DNA of 64,000 nucleotides, taken from Scenedesmus sp. PABB004. Its lineage: Eukaryota. The stretch lies in contig JABVCE010000024.1 of NCBI GenBank assembly GCA_014905635.1, positions 434,001-498,000 on the forward strand. Reading direction: 5' to 3'. The notes under the pieces are model-generated. The model was given only the letters and a program-made list of their open reading frames with translations. It was not told the DNA's origin and searched no databases. A program made the translations under genes and the position numbers. Numbering within the stretch: the first letter of the stretch is position 1; every line of letters begins with the position of its first letter. Shown here piece by piece: positions 63,696-64,000 of this stretch.

Positions 63696-64000
63696 ATGCT
63701 CGCGCGGGGGCCCGCCAGCCGTTCCGTGCTCGCAGCTGCCAGCGGCGTCGGCCTGGCGGTCCCGGCGGCGCTGCGGCGCGCGGGGCGCCGTGCGCCGGCC
63801 GGCCGCGCCTGCTGCGCGCGGCCCGGCCCCAGCGACGCCGGCGCGCGCGATCCCGCCGGCCCCTGCGACACCAGCCGCTTCCTGGAGCTGCTGCGCGAGC
63901 GGCAGGCGGCCGCCGGTGCGGCGGCGCGGCGGCGGGCGCAGCAGCAGGACGGCGGCCGCCGCGGCGTGCCCATGCGGGCGGCGCCGCCCCGCGCCGCCGC
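63696..64000 (+). CDS. Probable 5' end of a gene with a transit-peptide-like N-terminus (runs off the window)
   Basis: GCCATG context; MLARGPASRSVLAAASG..DTSRFLELLRERQ followed by a GTGCGG donor-like site. Confidence 0.4.
   Translation, partial: MLARGPASRSVLAAASGVGLAVPAALRRAGRRAPAGRACCARPGPSDAGARDPAGPCDTSRFLELLRERQAAAGAAARRRAQQQDGGRRGVPMRAAPPRAA

Noticed and set aside
63590..63973. Minus-strand 127-aa ORF
   Set aside because: Overlaps a more plausible plus-strand start at 63696 and has no recognisable motif.

Overview
Eukaryotic, extremely GC-rich, intron-dense nuclear DNA from a chlorophyte green alga. Support: TGTAA poly(A) signals, FLVB, an SBP-box gene and TTTAGGG-type repeats; a Sphaeropleales/Scenedesmus-like source is an inference. 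Most long ORFs in the track are GC artefacts, so I rebuilt genes by hand from splice sites, and exon limits are approximate. Gene order: single-TM receptor cyclase with three class III cyclase domains (+, 5' end outside the window); intron-rich histone H1 (+); two tandem secreted nucleoside-phosphorylase-fold genes (-, one with an in-frame TAA); GNAT (-); NAS2/PSMD9 (-); acidic protein resembling plant pTAC6/PAP8 (+); SBP transcription factor (-); UPF1/IGHMBP2-like SF1 helicase (-); flavodiiron FLVB (-); SWIM-finger protein (-); CEP83 (-). Next is a ~9.5-kb block with a duplicated non-coding element and a secreted 2xVWA + 5xDUF11-like protein, then a truncated, frameshifted second CEP83 5' copy, a CBS-domain SNF4/AMPK-gamma-like gene (+) and two tentative ORFs at the end. 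Main points of interest: the split-catalysis triple cyclase, frequent GC-AG introns, telomere-like repeats oriented at intron ends, the pTAC6-like gene, and the 1.8-kb duplication of a head-to-head promoter around the inserted block.
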